Shown: piece by piece, positions 35,808 through 49,325 of the stretch
Layout: each line of letters opens with the position of its first letter
Position numbering within the stretch: position 1 is the stretch's first letter
Assembly: GCA_028023455.1 (NCBI GenBank)
Contig: JAQFVV010000005.1
Span: forward strand, 5,332,001 to 5,396,000
Reading direction: 5' to 3'
Source of the DNA: Epiperipatus broadwayi
Lineage: Eukaryota; Animalia; Onychophora
Length of the DNA stretch: 64,000 bases
The notes under the pieces: generated by a model
Seen by the model: the letters and a program-made list of their open reading frames with translations, nothing else
Told to the model about the DNA's origin: nothing
Database searches by the model: none
Translations under genes and position numbers: made by a program

Positions 35808-38800
35808 ATGATTACAGTAAAATACTGATTAATGTAATCACAAGGAAATTCTTTACTTATGATATTGCATGCATTACTTACTGTAAATTAATAACTATAA
35901 TAAAATAGCAAGCTTAATTTTGATAGTTATCACTTAATGTGGTTGCTCAATTATTCTGCTAATTTCTAGTATTGGGAAAGATGGAACATTTTACAATTAA
36001 TTATCTAACTGATTTCATCTCCCTTAAATGAGTTGGTAATGAGATCTATTCTGTACATAGCCAGTTATTTTTCAGAACTGGATCTAAATTTTTTTCTCTT
36101 ACAAGCTACAGCTGATTATAAGACATTAACCTCCATATAAAGTGATAACAAACTAGGAAACCTTATATAGCTCCCTATGCACCACTGATTAATGAAGTAA
36201 AACACAAATTGGTAGATCATATAATGCAGAAATCTGAGCAGTTTTAAAGCATTTAATAAAACTTTGCTTTTTTAAATTCATTATTAGTAAAATAGACTTC
36301 AGCAGATATATCAAATGACAACTAACATAGTCATGTAACTTTTTGATTAGATTTGCAATGACTTTATCTGCATCCAGCTGGCTATAAGATTATTAAACTC
36401 AAGTGTCATTTTGTGGCACTATTTTTGATGGCCCACAGTAGCATGTCTTTCTTTAGAGGCTTTTAGTTTTTTATAATAATATTAATGTCAGTTTGAGCTG
36501 AATCCATTTATTCTTTTTTTTTTTTTTGTTATCCTTAATGTATTTTTTTTCATGATTTTTTTTCCTTCATAATTTTTCATTTTTTAAACCAAACTTCATA
36601 TATTTCAAATTTTTAGTTTAAAATGCATTGATTTTAAGCTCTTTTTCAAATGTAAAAACACAGTTCCTTTAAATAATCTTAATAAATGTCCACCAAATCG
36701 TTTTCATTTTTCTATTAATTTCCCCATTCCATTTGTTGAATATATATCAATTCACTTAAATAAACTTAATTATCTAGGTTAATAATAAATAAATCAATTT
36801 ATTGCATTATAAATTCATTGCAAAAAAAAAATTAACAAAAAAAAAAAAAACACCACATAAAAAATTATATTTGAATATATCCTTCTTTACTGCTTTTTAT
36901 AATCCATAAATATAACTATCATTTTTTGGTTTGCTTAGCAGAAAAAAGTACAGGTTAGAGGCTCTGCTTATTAATGATTAATGTGACCCAGGAACTCACA
37001 ATGTAAGACTATTTGCCCAGAAGCTTACTAAAAAAAAATAAGATAATGGGGAGAATGTATTTTAAATAAGAGATTATAACTGTTTAAAATTATCAATTTT
37101 GAGAAATACAGTTATTAAAAATTTCTGTTTACTTTAGTGATTTCTATACTGAAGAAATGAAAATCCCTCCCTCCTTACTTAAAAACACTGAGCCCTTAAT
37201 TGCTTCAAAATTCTGATTCCAAGAAATTATGAAATAAGATTAAAAATAAGTATAGAACATGTGAAAATCTTAATGATCATCAATAATCCAGTCATGTGTT
37301 TATGTTACTGAGTAATTCATCTATTACTATAGTACAAAATTATTAAAAAGTCTGTAACTTTAAAATATTAAAAGACTTTCATAAATACATTCAAATCCTA
37401 AGAAAATAAGAACAGTAATAAATCCTCAATGATTAACAAATATATTTAAGATGTAATGATTGAAATATTGATTGTGTAATCTTTTTTCACAATGTATTCA
37501 ATCTTTACTAATGTGTAAACTACTTTTTGATATTGTAAGATTTAACCAATCTATTTTCCAGAGAAATTTAATAACATTTCTATCTGAATATGAAGATTCA
37601 AAAATTCCATACTTATATATGGATGTTTTTAAGATTTATTTATATCTTACAACTGATTAGATGGTGATGACATCTCTCTTTCCATTTTAAAATCAAATTA
37701 TTTAAACCTAATTAAATCAATGGAATTATAATTACAGTCCAGTTAGATTTCAAGATTAGTTTCTGGTTAATTGTCATCTTGTATCCATGAATTTAATCAA
37801 TGCTTACATAGTATGTAGACCAAAAATAGCATGATCTAATTATAGACAATCATTACGAAATTAAACACCAATAGCTCTATCAAAAACTAAGTTGTGTTCA
37901 TTTTAAAAAATCAATAATATTATAAAATATCAATTTATCTTAATAGAAATAAACTCAAATCTAAAGCAAATGTGAATCACATAAAATTGTTGATGAACAA
38001 CGAAAGTCATTTAAGATATAGATCAATACTAAACTTCTCTGAATTTCCCAGCTTATATTTAATTAGATAATGATGATTTTTCCACTTTAAAAATGAACAT
38101 TCTTCATTGTAAATGAACAAATATAACAACAAATTAATTAAATGACTCAGACTTCAAGACTGATTTCTCATGTCTTACTCAATACTTACATAATAAATAG
38201 TACTAAAAAGGTAAATTATTATACAGACTTTGTATTATATGATTACTTAATGCAATGATTCATTTTCTATTGTAATCTAAAATTAAATTATTAAAAAAAC
38301 TATCAATATTAAAAAAAACCCACTGTTTTAATTAAATATAAGAAGTATGAGTTAAATAGTCTTTAAATAGCTATCTTCAGATCAAAGATCTCTCCAATAG
38401 TTTTTCAAGGAATGCAAAAAAGAAAAGGCTTTACTCAATGGAGGGTGTTAAAATGCAGAGTCGTGAAAAATTTTCCATTTTCTTCTATCTCTAGCTAGTA
38501 ATAGTTAAATATCCTTTTCCTGATCAATTAAAATTGATAGCTAAATTAGCTATGGACAACTACTTGGAAAAATCCTAAATTTGATTACAAATTTTCATGC
38601 CTTACTTGTCCTGAATTCAACTGTAGACCATGGGCATGTGAGGTAGGTGCAATATCTCTGTGTGCCACAAGTAAATTTATATATGGAGTGAAAGAAAAAA
38701 TTCCTAAGACATTTAAAAAATGATTTTAAAAATGCTACACATAAAAAAAATACGAGGGGAGGAGGGATCTACACCATTATCTTATTTCAATACACAAATC

Positions 38801-41800
38801 TTTTGTTGTGGGATATCTTAACATGACTATCATTACTTATAAAATAGCTCTGTAGGCATAAAAGTTTCTTTTTTACAATTTAATGATTTTTTTTTTTTAG
38901 TTTTCATAAAATAACTTTAAAAAAAATTTATTCAACATTGTCTTCAAAAGATGATTTACCTCAAAGATGATTACTGTTTCCAAAATCTTTGTAGATACAT
39001 TAACAAAAATGATCAAAACGTTTATATTAACTGGTAAAATATTAACAAATCAATTTTCATGTTTAATTACAGTCCTACTTTGATAATAATTGACTATAAG
39101 TAGAGATAGAGAGCATAAGGATCTAAACCAATTTACATTTTATCTTTTATGAGTTGAATATAACTTTTTATTATTAAACTGATCTGTTTAATACAATAAT
39201 TTTTTTAAAAAAAAATTGAAAAATTATTAGCAAAGATGATAATAGATTTTAAATAGAAAACTGGTTCTTAAATACAAAGCTATAATTATGAATAATTACA
39301 TGATCTGTTATTTTCTGTGCTAAAACAAATATGTATTAAATTGAAAATACCAAATAAACAGATTTTGGGAACATGCAATATGTGGATGTATTTGTGTTTC
39401 ATGAACTGGTTTGCATGGTCATTACAAATCTCACTTCTAACTCCTTTTAATTTGTGCTTTTTTATCTGGAATCAAAATAATCATATTTATTTAACAATGG
39501 CTGCTAATAATGATGAGATTAATAGCAAAACTATTATTTTTCCCTATTCTACCAAATTTATATCATCTGAATTACTGAACACACTTTGGTATGCATATAT
39601 CAAGGGCGTTCAATTGGTTACTTTTATATTATTTTTTTGTTTTTACCCATGTATTGTTATATACATTTTTCTTATCATAATTGTACTTTAAATACATGTA
39701 TTAATTGCTAGCTTTTATTTTTAAAAGACTGGATTCTTTGTTTCATTTATGTCTTTATGTTTCTCACAAAAAACTTGTAGTTAAGTTAAAATAATCAGTT
39801 GTTTTGCAATCTTAACTTGAAATATAATTCTGTTTACCAACTACATTTCCCCCCCTATTATAATTAGTTTTAACTATGTTGTTAGACACCTACAACTTGG
39901 AATTACATTTGTAACAAATAAATATAATAACCTTGTTTTATTATGTAATCTTCTTATACACTATTATTAATTACTTGTTATGAAATTGAATCAATAAATG
40001 TTTAGTTTAAAAGCAGGTATTACTTTCTGATATCAAGAAACACTTTATTTTCCACATAAATTTAGTAGTATTTATATCCAAATATGAAGATTCTGCAAAG
40101 TATATCAAGACATATTTGTATAATCTTAAGACGGTTTTTTTTTTTAGTTATTTACAACTTTCAATAAATCAGCTTCAAATAATATTCCAATTGATTACAT
40201 TTTGATCTTAGTAACCTTGTCTGAAATAATTAAATTACCAAATTACTTAGTTATATAACTCACAACAGTTTATCTCAGTATCTTGGAATTTGCAAAATCA
40301 AACAGGATCAAAGCCACAAATAATTTACATATAAGGTATATATACACACACACATATTAAACAATAATAACATAATCAGAAACACTAACTACAGCAAATA
40401 TTATAGCTAAAATGGAAGAATATTAATTATAAAAGTATGACTATATTTAACACTCAAATAAATATACTGGAAAAAAGTCATTAATCTTTCTAATTGAGAA
40501 AAATAAGATTTCTTAAAAGATGGTTAGAAATAAGTGCAAGAAAAAAAAATATTAAAAGATTTGAAGAATAATTTATTATGTCACAAAACACAAAAGAAGT
40601 AAAGTTGTAATTTATGAAATAAAAGCTAAGCTATGGATCAATGTTAAATCTTTTATTTAAGTTAAGCTATTGTGCTGTAATTATAAGTATAAAAAAAAGT
40701 AATCATAAGATAAATTACATAGGATGGTATTTGATATTCGAGTACTCTATTGGTATATAGAGTATTTAACAATTCCATTTAGTTAATCTGAGCAAAGTTT
40801 TTTTTAATTACGTTAGACAGCTGAGAATCGATTCTTGGATTCTCTATAAATCCAACACTCTAACATTATGCTAAACTGATTAGCGGTCATTTTAAAAAAG
40901 TGTAAGCATACTGTTTTTAGATTTTTTTTTAAAAAAAATTAAAATACTTCTTAATAATTTAAAATATATATTTATTATATTATCTGTGATCTTTTTCTTC
41001 AATATTTTTTATATTTTTTCCATTTAAAGTGATTAAAAAACTACATGGAAATTTTGATTACACAAATAATCGCTTTTTTATTTTTATAAACAAAAAAAAA
41101 AAATGTTAGTTTCAAAGGAATATATTCTAGTATTATAAACAATTATATACTCAAAATAATCAAAGAATTAAATGATTAAGAAGTTTCATATGATGCTTGG
41201 GCACTTGAAGTAACAAATTAACTTTCAATCAGAAAAACTTTAACTTTCAGATATATTCTTTTATCACTGTGTCAAACTGCACAGGAAAATTACATATTAA
41301 AGCATTGCAATACATAGTATATAAATGAGAGAATTAAAATTACCTTCTATATTGAGCCCATTGTAAAATAAGATAATAAATGATAAACACAATAATCAAT
41401 TTCTTTATTATAAAAAACTGCTCTTGTAAATCTAATATTCTTCATAATTTAGAACTGACTGTTGTAAATATCAATATCTTATTTGAATATTAAATTTTAC
41501 AGCTCTGATGTATATAAGTAACAATATTACAATATAAATTAAATGATTTGTTATGCTACATAAACATATTTATTTCAATTGATGAGAATGGAATTAAGTT
41601 TCTACCTGAAATAGAATTCACTTATACATATGCTTAGTAATTATATTAAAGAAACCCATCAGCGGTTGTAAATGTCAAATAACATTATACACACATATAT
41701 ATAACAAAACAAATGCTCTTTCTGACTAAAACAAAAAAAAAAAAGCATCGCATTAATAATAGGCTGTAATTGTTTTTCCACATTTAAAAAAAAACTAAAT

Positions 41801-42163
41801 AATATTTGCTTTATACAAAATAATATTCTGTCCCATTCTTATTTGTAATTAATAATGGATAATGGTTTGGCATGGTTGTTAAAAAGAATAACTTTAAAAC
41901 CGAATTTGTGAGCCTAGTATTGTTATAGTTTACAGTTCAAAAATTTAATATTATATAAATAAATATATAATTTAATATCTTATTTCATATTAAGCTTAGT
42001 AGAACACTTTTAAAGGCTATGATTTAAAACTTTAAATATTATAAGATTATTATATAACAATTCAAAAAATCATCTCTTTTGGCTATTTGTCCATTTTCTA
42101 CTTATAAATTATTAAGTATACTATTTGTGATCTATTAAATGTAATAATAATTCTAATTTTCAG

Positions 42164-42240
42164 GTTTTGATGATTTCAAATTGACTTCTAAGAATGGATA
42201 TTGTGATAGAGTCTGAAGAAACACTTCATCATTGTCAGTG
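42164..42240 (+). other. Candidate start-codon exon (5'UTR + MDIVIESEETLHHCQ-TG)
   Basis: ttctaattttcag| acceptor and |gtaaat donor. All frames are blocked except from ATG 42194 (aagaATGG). Confidence 0.4.
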
Positions 42241-43508
42241 GTAAATCATTTACTTTCCACTTAACTCATATGAAATCAAGATATCTATTAGAAAACTGGC
42301 TAGTTCACTAAGAAATGTTTCAGCAGTGAGAAAAACAAATGAAAAAAGAACATGATTATTTTCTATCAAATTATATAGATTTCAATCAAAGAAATTTTAA
42401 ACCAAATCCAATAAAAAATATTTTGTAATGTTAAAATAACATGAGCTGAATAATGAAGGATTTTAGGACATTTTATCATTTAAATCTTATCATGAATACT
42501 ATTTTAACAGATGTGCTTGCTATTTTTTTTTTTGCATATCAATTTGTGCAATTATATATATATATATAATTCAATAAATGACTACTTATCATAAGATTTC
42601 TGAGGTTTTAGCAGCTTAATTGACATCTAGGTCTATAATCATAATGATACTTGGATTATTTTTTCAAGCATCGGCAGAAAATCTACCTAGTTATTTCTAG
42701 CAAGAGAGTAAATTAAATCCCAAGAAAATCTGGATAAATATCAATGCATTCCACTCAGGTCGTATAAATTAAAAAAAAAAAAATTCATATCATAAAGAGC
42801 TTTGTGATTTTTATTTCAGACAGCTATCTCATAACTAATTTAGCTAACAAAATACAATATAATACAATAAATGAGTACCTATCTATTATTAAGAAATATG
42901 TCAGGTCAATCTGAATTGTGTTAAATAAATGTTTAAAACAAACAGTAAAATTATAATTATGATACAGTCTTCACTGTAGAACAACGATTATCTTTTTACA
43001 ATGACTTTAAAAACATTATTGAAATATAATTCTATTTTCACAAGCATGAATGATAAAGTTGATTTCATATATCTATATTTCGCTTTATTTTCTTTAAAGT
43101 AGCTAGATAGTGTCAGCATTCTCTTGCTTAAGATAAAGATTTTCATTATGATTTAAAAATAACAACTATATGATTTGATACTATAACATATCACTTAATT
43201 TATTATCCTATACAATATATGATAAAACAAGAGCAACTCTTACTCTAATGTCATCTACAATAAGTTTGAGTAATCAGTCATTATCAGATTATAGTGTCTT
43301 GAAATCTCCATTCACAGACCATTTCTAGTTCCTACATTTATCAATGAGGCCTGGCATTCAAAAAGCAGGAAGTAATGTAATTATAGGCATAGCAATCCAT
43401 CCTTAACTCTATTATATTTTTAGGATAAAAATTCAAAATACCCTAAGGTTTTGAAACCAAGGCAATCTGCTTAAATAGTATATAAATCTGATCTTAGATC
43501 AATGACTA

Positions 43509-44180
43509 TTATATTTCTCCAAAAATAAGACCTAACCAGAAAATAAGCCTTCATAATTTTTTTAGGATGTTTGCAATATAAACCCTACTCTGAAAATAAG
43601 CCCTAGTTAGAAAGAGAAAGAAAATACTGTTCAAATGTTATTTCTCTGTCTCACAATTGCATTTCGATAGAATCAAAGCAGCACTGCTGTTTAAGATCAT
43701 CCGATCATAAGCCTGACAAATAACCAATTAGAATGCAGACACAACACACATGTGAACCTCTGATGATAGGAAAATATTTACTATATTGACAAACGCATTA
43801 GATTTTTTTTTTTGTTTGAAAAAAAAAATTAACTGGAAGGATTTACATTTTGGAATTACTAACTTTATACATCATATGTTATAACAGACTTGTTTATACT
43901 TATATCCTTGTGTGAAATAAAGAAATAATTTCAGAATTTTATTTCCTGCAATTTTTTGTCATGTATTTTGGAACTACTAACTTTATTATCATGTACCTGC
44001 AATTTTTGGCCTCATATCCCATAATTTTTCAATTACCATTTTGAATAAATGTAGATTCTTATAGATAAATAAATATAGGCTTGTACATAAATAAAATAAG
44101 ACATTCCCTGAAAATAAGCCTTAGAGTGTGTTTTGAAGCAAAAATTAATATAAGACAGTCTTATTTTTGGGGAAAGACAG
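43509..44180. mobile_element. Tc1/mariner-superfamily (Tc2/pogo-like) MITE
   Basis: TIRs ttatatttctccaaaaataagac / gtcttatttttggggaaagacag, TA on both sides, repeated subterminal gaaaataagcc. Confidence 0.75.
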
Positions 44181-44979
44181 TATATATTTTAGTACTATCT
44201 GCTGTTTATTAACTGTTTGCATATTTTCCCATGGCTAGGAATGTTAATAATAACAAATCACATATTTCTTTAACTTATATAATATATGATCTAATAATCC
44301 CTGATTTCTCAAGTTTATTATAAATGACATTGGAGTAAAACTCTGCTCTTTTTTCATTATGTGATAATATTAAGAGATTCAAAAATAATTATAATTATTT
44401 CTATTAACTCACTCTTATAAGCCATACTCTTAATAACTTTATACTACTATTTAACATTCTACAGATGATGTTAATATTTGCAAAAAAAAAAAAAGATAAA
44501 ATAAATGATCAGCAAAAAAAAAAACTGTTTTAATGATTTATAGATGGAGTCAAATCTCAACAATGGCTTAAGATATTAATCATTAGAATATAAACATCTT
44601 ATTTAGGTATATCATGAGAAAATCTAATTCACTAAGAAGAAAAAAAAGAGTTCAGCCTTATAAAAGTATGCTACCTTCTGTAACAGTGGCAAAGACCACA
44701 TTATATTACATGCATATTGTTTGTTTACATTCAGTGCACTGACATATATATGACCAACCCAGATAAATCCAGGGCCTTCATTCACTAATTACAGCTAACA
44801 TTAACTTAATTGACTGATACTAGGCAGCTAATTAATATGTCTATAGAAGGAGGGTGTCTTAAACATGTCTGTGGCTTAAAAAAAAATATGGTTCATTTAG
44901 ACTAATTCTAAACCACAAAAAACTTGAATAGAAGTTTCAGGTGCTAACTAGTGCTTTGAGACTTTTTAATTCATTAAGA

Positions 44980-45145
44980 AAATCTTTGATCTTAAAAAAA
45001 TATTGAGGACAACTAGAACTCAATTATTATAACAATAAATCAACAGTTGAGAAATCCTTTGATCTTAGAAAAATATTGAGGACAACTAGTGACAAAATAC
45101 ATCCAACTCAATTATTATAACAATAAATCAACAGTTGGGAAATCT
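44980..45145. repeat. Imperfect tandem duplication
   Basis: ctttgatctta.aaaaatattgaggacaactag..aactcaattattataacaataaatcaacagttg x2. Confidence 0.85.
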
Positions 45146-47351
45146 AATAACTCAAAGAAAAAGCAAAATATTATATATAATAGATATTCAAATTATTCCT
45201 TAGTTTCCTTTCATAATGACTTAATACTGATGATGACTTAGTAAATCCATTAATCATTTAAAAATTTCTTTAATTAATTATTTTTAAGATTTTTCTGATT
45301 AGATTGCCTTTTTTTTTTGCCCCTTAAAAATTTCCTGCTAATCTTGCATTGTATGTCTTAAAGCTATTTGTTTTTATTTTTTTCTTATTTGTTTTTACCT
45401 GAACCTAAGCATGTTGTTCAGGTTCTTTGCGTATGTGTAGTGAACTATGACCAAAGGCATTGTTTTATATATATATATATAAGTAAAAAACATATTCCTT
45501 TTATATAAAAAAATCTATGCAGTCTATAATGTGTTTGAAAATCCATACTTTCAATTTCTTTACTATATTTTAAAGTGAAGATGATTATTATATTAAATTA
45601 CTCAGGAGGTCATGTGACATTCGCAGATCCAAATGATGAATTGGATATAAGTTTTACACAAATGATTAACTCTATAATTTTCTTTCTTTTCTTTAAATAT
45701 ATAATTCTATGAATAACGTTAATACAAGAAAAGATACTGTTTGAAAGCAATGCTCAGAAAATTAATTGTCTAACAGCATGTAATCTTTTCTTGTATTAGC
45801 ATATTAACATTATTCATAGAATTACAAATGATTAAAGTCTTGACAATTAATCTACATTAGATAAATAGTTATTATTAATCTAATCAAGCGAAAAGTTGAG
45901 ATATAAAGATTTATTGAATGTGCAACAAAATAATTTAACATTTATTTCATTAATTATATAAAAAAAATAGTAATCTAAGAGCTAGATTCTGTTAATTATA
46001 AGGAAGAAGAATCTTGTGCTTCTTTTCACCACTACTAATTGACATTTTCAAATTCAGGTGTTTAATTGTTAGCATAATATTATTGAAATACATAATATAG
46101 CTAATGCCTTCATCTTATGAGGTGGACTTTAACTTATTGAATCAAAACTTCAAATAATAACAAATATATAAATAAATTTAAAAATGTAAAAATATAAATT
46201 ATAGAAAATTGCTTAATAACAAAAATAATTTATGCATAACTATATAAAAGTATTATGACGGCATTCCATCTGTCATGGCCACATCTAGAGATTCAAATCT
46301 GGACCAGATAAAGCTTCGAATTATTTCAAACAGGGCTCAATCAATTCAACATTCAAAATTAATTATTAATAAATATGCACTGTAGTAGGATATTTAAAGA
46401 ATGTTTTGCGAAAATTTTACACTCACATATAGCTTAAATTTAAGATATTTTTATTTCTGTTAGTAACATCACTATTACATTAGTTTTTTATTTACTCTTA
46501 TAAGTTACTCAATATGATGCACACACATATGCGTGTGTGTGAATAGATGTCCCCCCAAAGATCAGCACTGAAGTAAAAATAAATAAAAAAACAAAATAAA
46601 TGTATTTATTTATAAAAGATATTCACTATATCTTCATTCTCTTAACATAAAAATTTAGAAGTTTTATCCAATACACAACTCATGATTAATTAATAATATA
46701 AAGAGTAATAAATTACATCACCTCATAAAGCAATAATTTAACAATACAATATTTCTAATTTTTTCTACACATACTTGCACTTTTAAATGCTCCAGAAAGT
46801 AAAATTTAATATAAAAAATGATTAGGATTATGGTTTGTATAAAAATAGTTACAGTTTTTATATAGGACTCTCTTAAGATAGAGACACAAAGTCATGATTT
46901 TTTTAATGTTACAAATCTTATTTATTCTGCAATGGAGAATTATTATGGTATTGAAAAAAAAAGTTTTACATTTAATTTTTCTCAATACAAAATTAAACAA
47001 AATGTTCAAATAATTATCACTAAGAAAGTCATGTGACATTTGAGTTCCAGAAGTTAAGCTCAGCTTTGTTTTATGCTGCTTTAACTTGAGTTCATTATTT
47101 CACTGTTTAGCTATTCAAAAAAGTAGAAATAATTTTTAAAAGCATCTTTGATTTACTTAACAGTATAGATCTATATGTACATACATCAACTAAAATTATG
47201 CTTAAAATTACCTAAAAGATACTACTTACAGCCAGATGTTTACTTTTTAAGTTTGGCATAACTTCAGTTTTCAAATTGGAAACCATCTCACTTGTCTGCA
47301 ATTTATTTTTTATTCATTAAAAAAATAAATTAGAGATTTATTTCAATTTTG

Positions 47352-47404
47352 CTGATGATGATGATGACGATAATAATAATAATAATAACAATAATAATAA
47401 TAAT
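47352..47404. repeat. (GAT)n/(AAT)n compound microsatellite
   Basis: gatgatgatgatgacgataataataat... Confidence 0.9.
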
Positions 47405-48719
47405 AAAAAAATCAATTATTTAATTAATGCATTACAGAGCTCCATCTTATTAAGGAGAATGCATTTAAGTAGCCTTTATTAGTTTTGTTTACAATTTAGT
47501 TATTATATAACATTTTACATGTTAGTTCAGTAATTCTCAGATTAATATAATCATGGAACTTTAATAAAAATTGTTAAAACACTAAGAATTTTTACTTATT
47601 ATCAATAAAATAAAATAAAAAAATAATTTATTGAAAATATCTTTTTTAAAAAGCAGATTAGTAATGGAAAAGTAGGTGCTATTAATTCAAACTAGCAACT
47701 AATGTGAAGAATTAAACTTTTTCTCTTACAATATTATTTTAAAATTTAATATAATTGTGGATAATTAAATTCCAATAGTAGCAATCAATTTGCTTCTGTG
47801 TTTTGATCTTGTTCCAGTGTAAAATGAAACTTTTTCATTACAAATTTTGAACTATTAATTAGAGATCAAAAACAAATTTTGTTGCAGAACCCTGAATTTT
47901 GTCTAGCTGAATTGTAAGATTCTGCAAGACACAAGTTAAAAACCCTAGTCTTAATTAAATAATGAGTTAATAGCTTAAATGCATTTGTTCATAAGAATAT
48001 ATCAATATACATATATAGATGTAATAAATTAGCTGAAATATTTCAAACATTGGCTAAAGAAAAAAATTATTATATGTATTTATTTTTATTAAAGTAGCTG
48101 AACATCAATATTGTTTGCACAATGTAAGAAAACAGAAAAATAAAAGTGAAAAAATGTGTGGTTATCACTAAGAACAACCACATCATTAACAAAAAAGAAA
48201 ACAATAGCCAGCTGTCAAGCAAGTGGAATATTTAAATAGCTATTTTAAATAATTAGTACTTCATTAGTAATACTGCAGCATATCCAACCAATATATGAGT
48301 TTTTCAAGCCAAAAGTGTGCTCAGCAACATTTAATAAAAATAAATACATATAATAAAACTTTTTAAAGCCAATATTTGAAATATTTTTGCCACCTTATTA
48401 TGAATATAAATGAAAAAGATAATAACAAATCAATAGATGTATAAAGAAACACATATATTACCTTTAAACTTATTGGGTGCTGATTTTTTTCTGCTTGATA
48501 AATTAAAACAACTGGATCACTACAACGATTTCCTTTAGTTGCTACATGCTTTTTCAAAAAAAAAAAAAAAGTAATAATGTAAAAACTACTTACTAAAATA
48601 TATTTTAGAATTACTTTATAAATAAGCAACATTATTTATGTACATTAAGTAAAACTAGCTACAAAGCAAATATATTGCTTCTAAAGTTTCTTAACTAAGG
48701 ATCCTGCAACCAAGAAATA

Positions 48720-48960
48720 GACATTACATGAGACTACATTTTACATAATGCTTATACATGCTTTTCAGCAGCAAATTCTTTTTTTGTTTCACAATTACAC
48801 CAATTGCAAGCTTTAGTAAACAATAGATACTAGATGATAATACTTAATAAATTCCTATCCAGAGCTGTCTTATCCAATATCTCCAGACTAGTTTTTTACT
48901 TATGACTTTCATTAGTGAGGAGTTTTGAATCTAGGAGCACTGCACCTAGATCTCTTATAC
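48720..48960 (-). mobile_element. Family-1 HHR element, decayed ribozyme at 48881-48924
   Basis: Minus strand: actcctca CTAATGA A AGT CATAA GTA A AAAAC TA GTC tggagatattggata. Body matches 54230-54400. Confidence 0.75.
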
Positions 48961-49179
48961 CTTTATTCTAGCAGCCATCTTTTGCTTATTTGTTTTATTA
49001 TCAAGCTATCAGCCCAAATTGATAAACATATCAATATTACAAAAGTCAACTTGCTTGTACAGTCATTCAGATATGAAACCAGTTCAATATCTATATATTA
49101 TAGTGTGCTTAATTTATTTATTTTTAAATATCTATAGGCACCTTTATCATTTGGCTAGAATTGGTATAAAATCAGTAAG

Positions 49180-49325
49180 ATGTCACATGATCTCATAATT
49201 ACACAATGCTATTGAGAAACAAATTCTTTTTTTCCCTTACCATGATTATGCCATCTAGTACTAGCTTTAATAATCAATAGATGTCAGATGGCAGAACTCA
49301 ATAAATACCTACCTCCTATCCAATA
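49180..49325 (-). mobile_element. Partial second copy of the family-1 element body
   Basis: caaattctttttt..atgccatctag..atcaatagatg..cctatccaata. Same orientation as 48720-48960. Confidence 0.65.

Noticed and set aside
45606-45660. Plus-strand exon (GGHVTFADPNDELDIS)
   Set aside because: Weak acceptor, no good donor, and a phase mismatch with the 42164 candidate.
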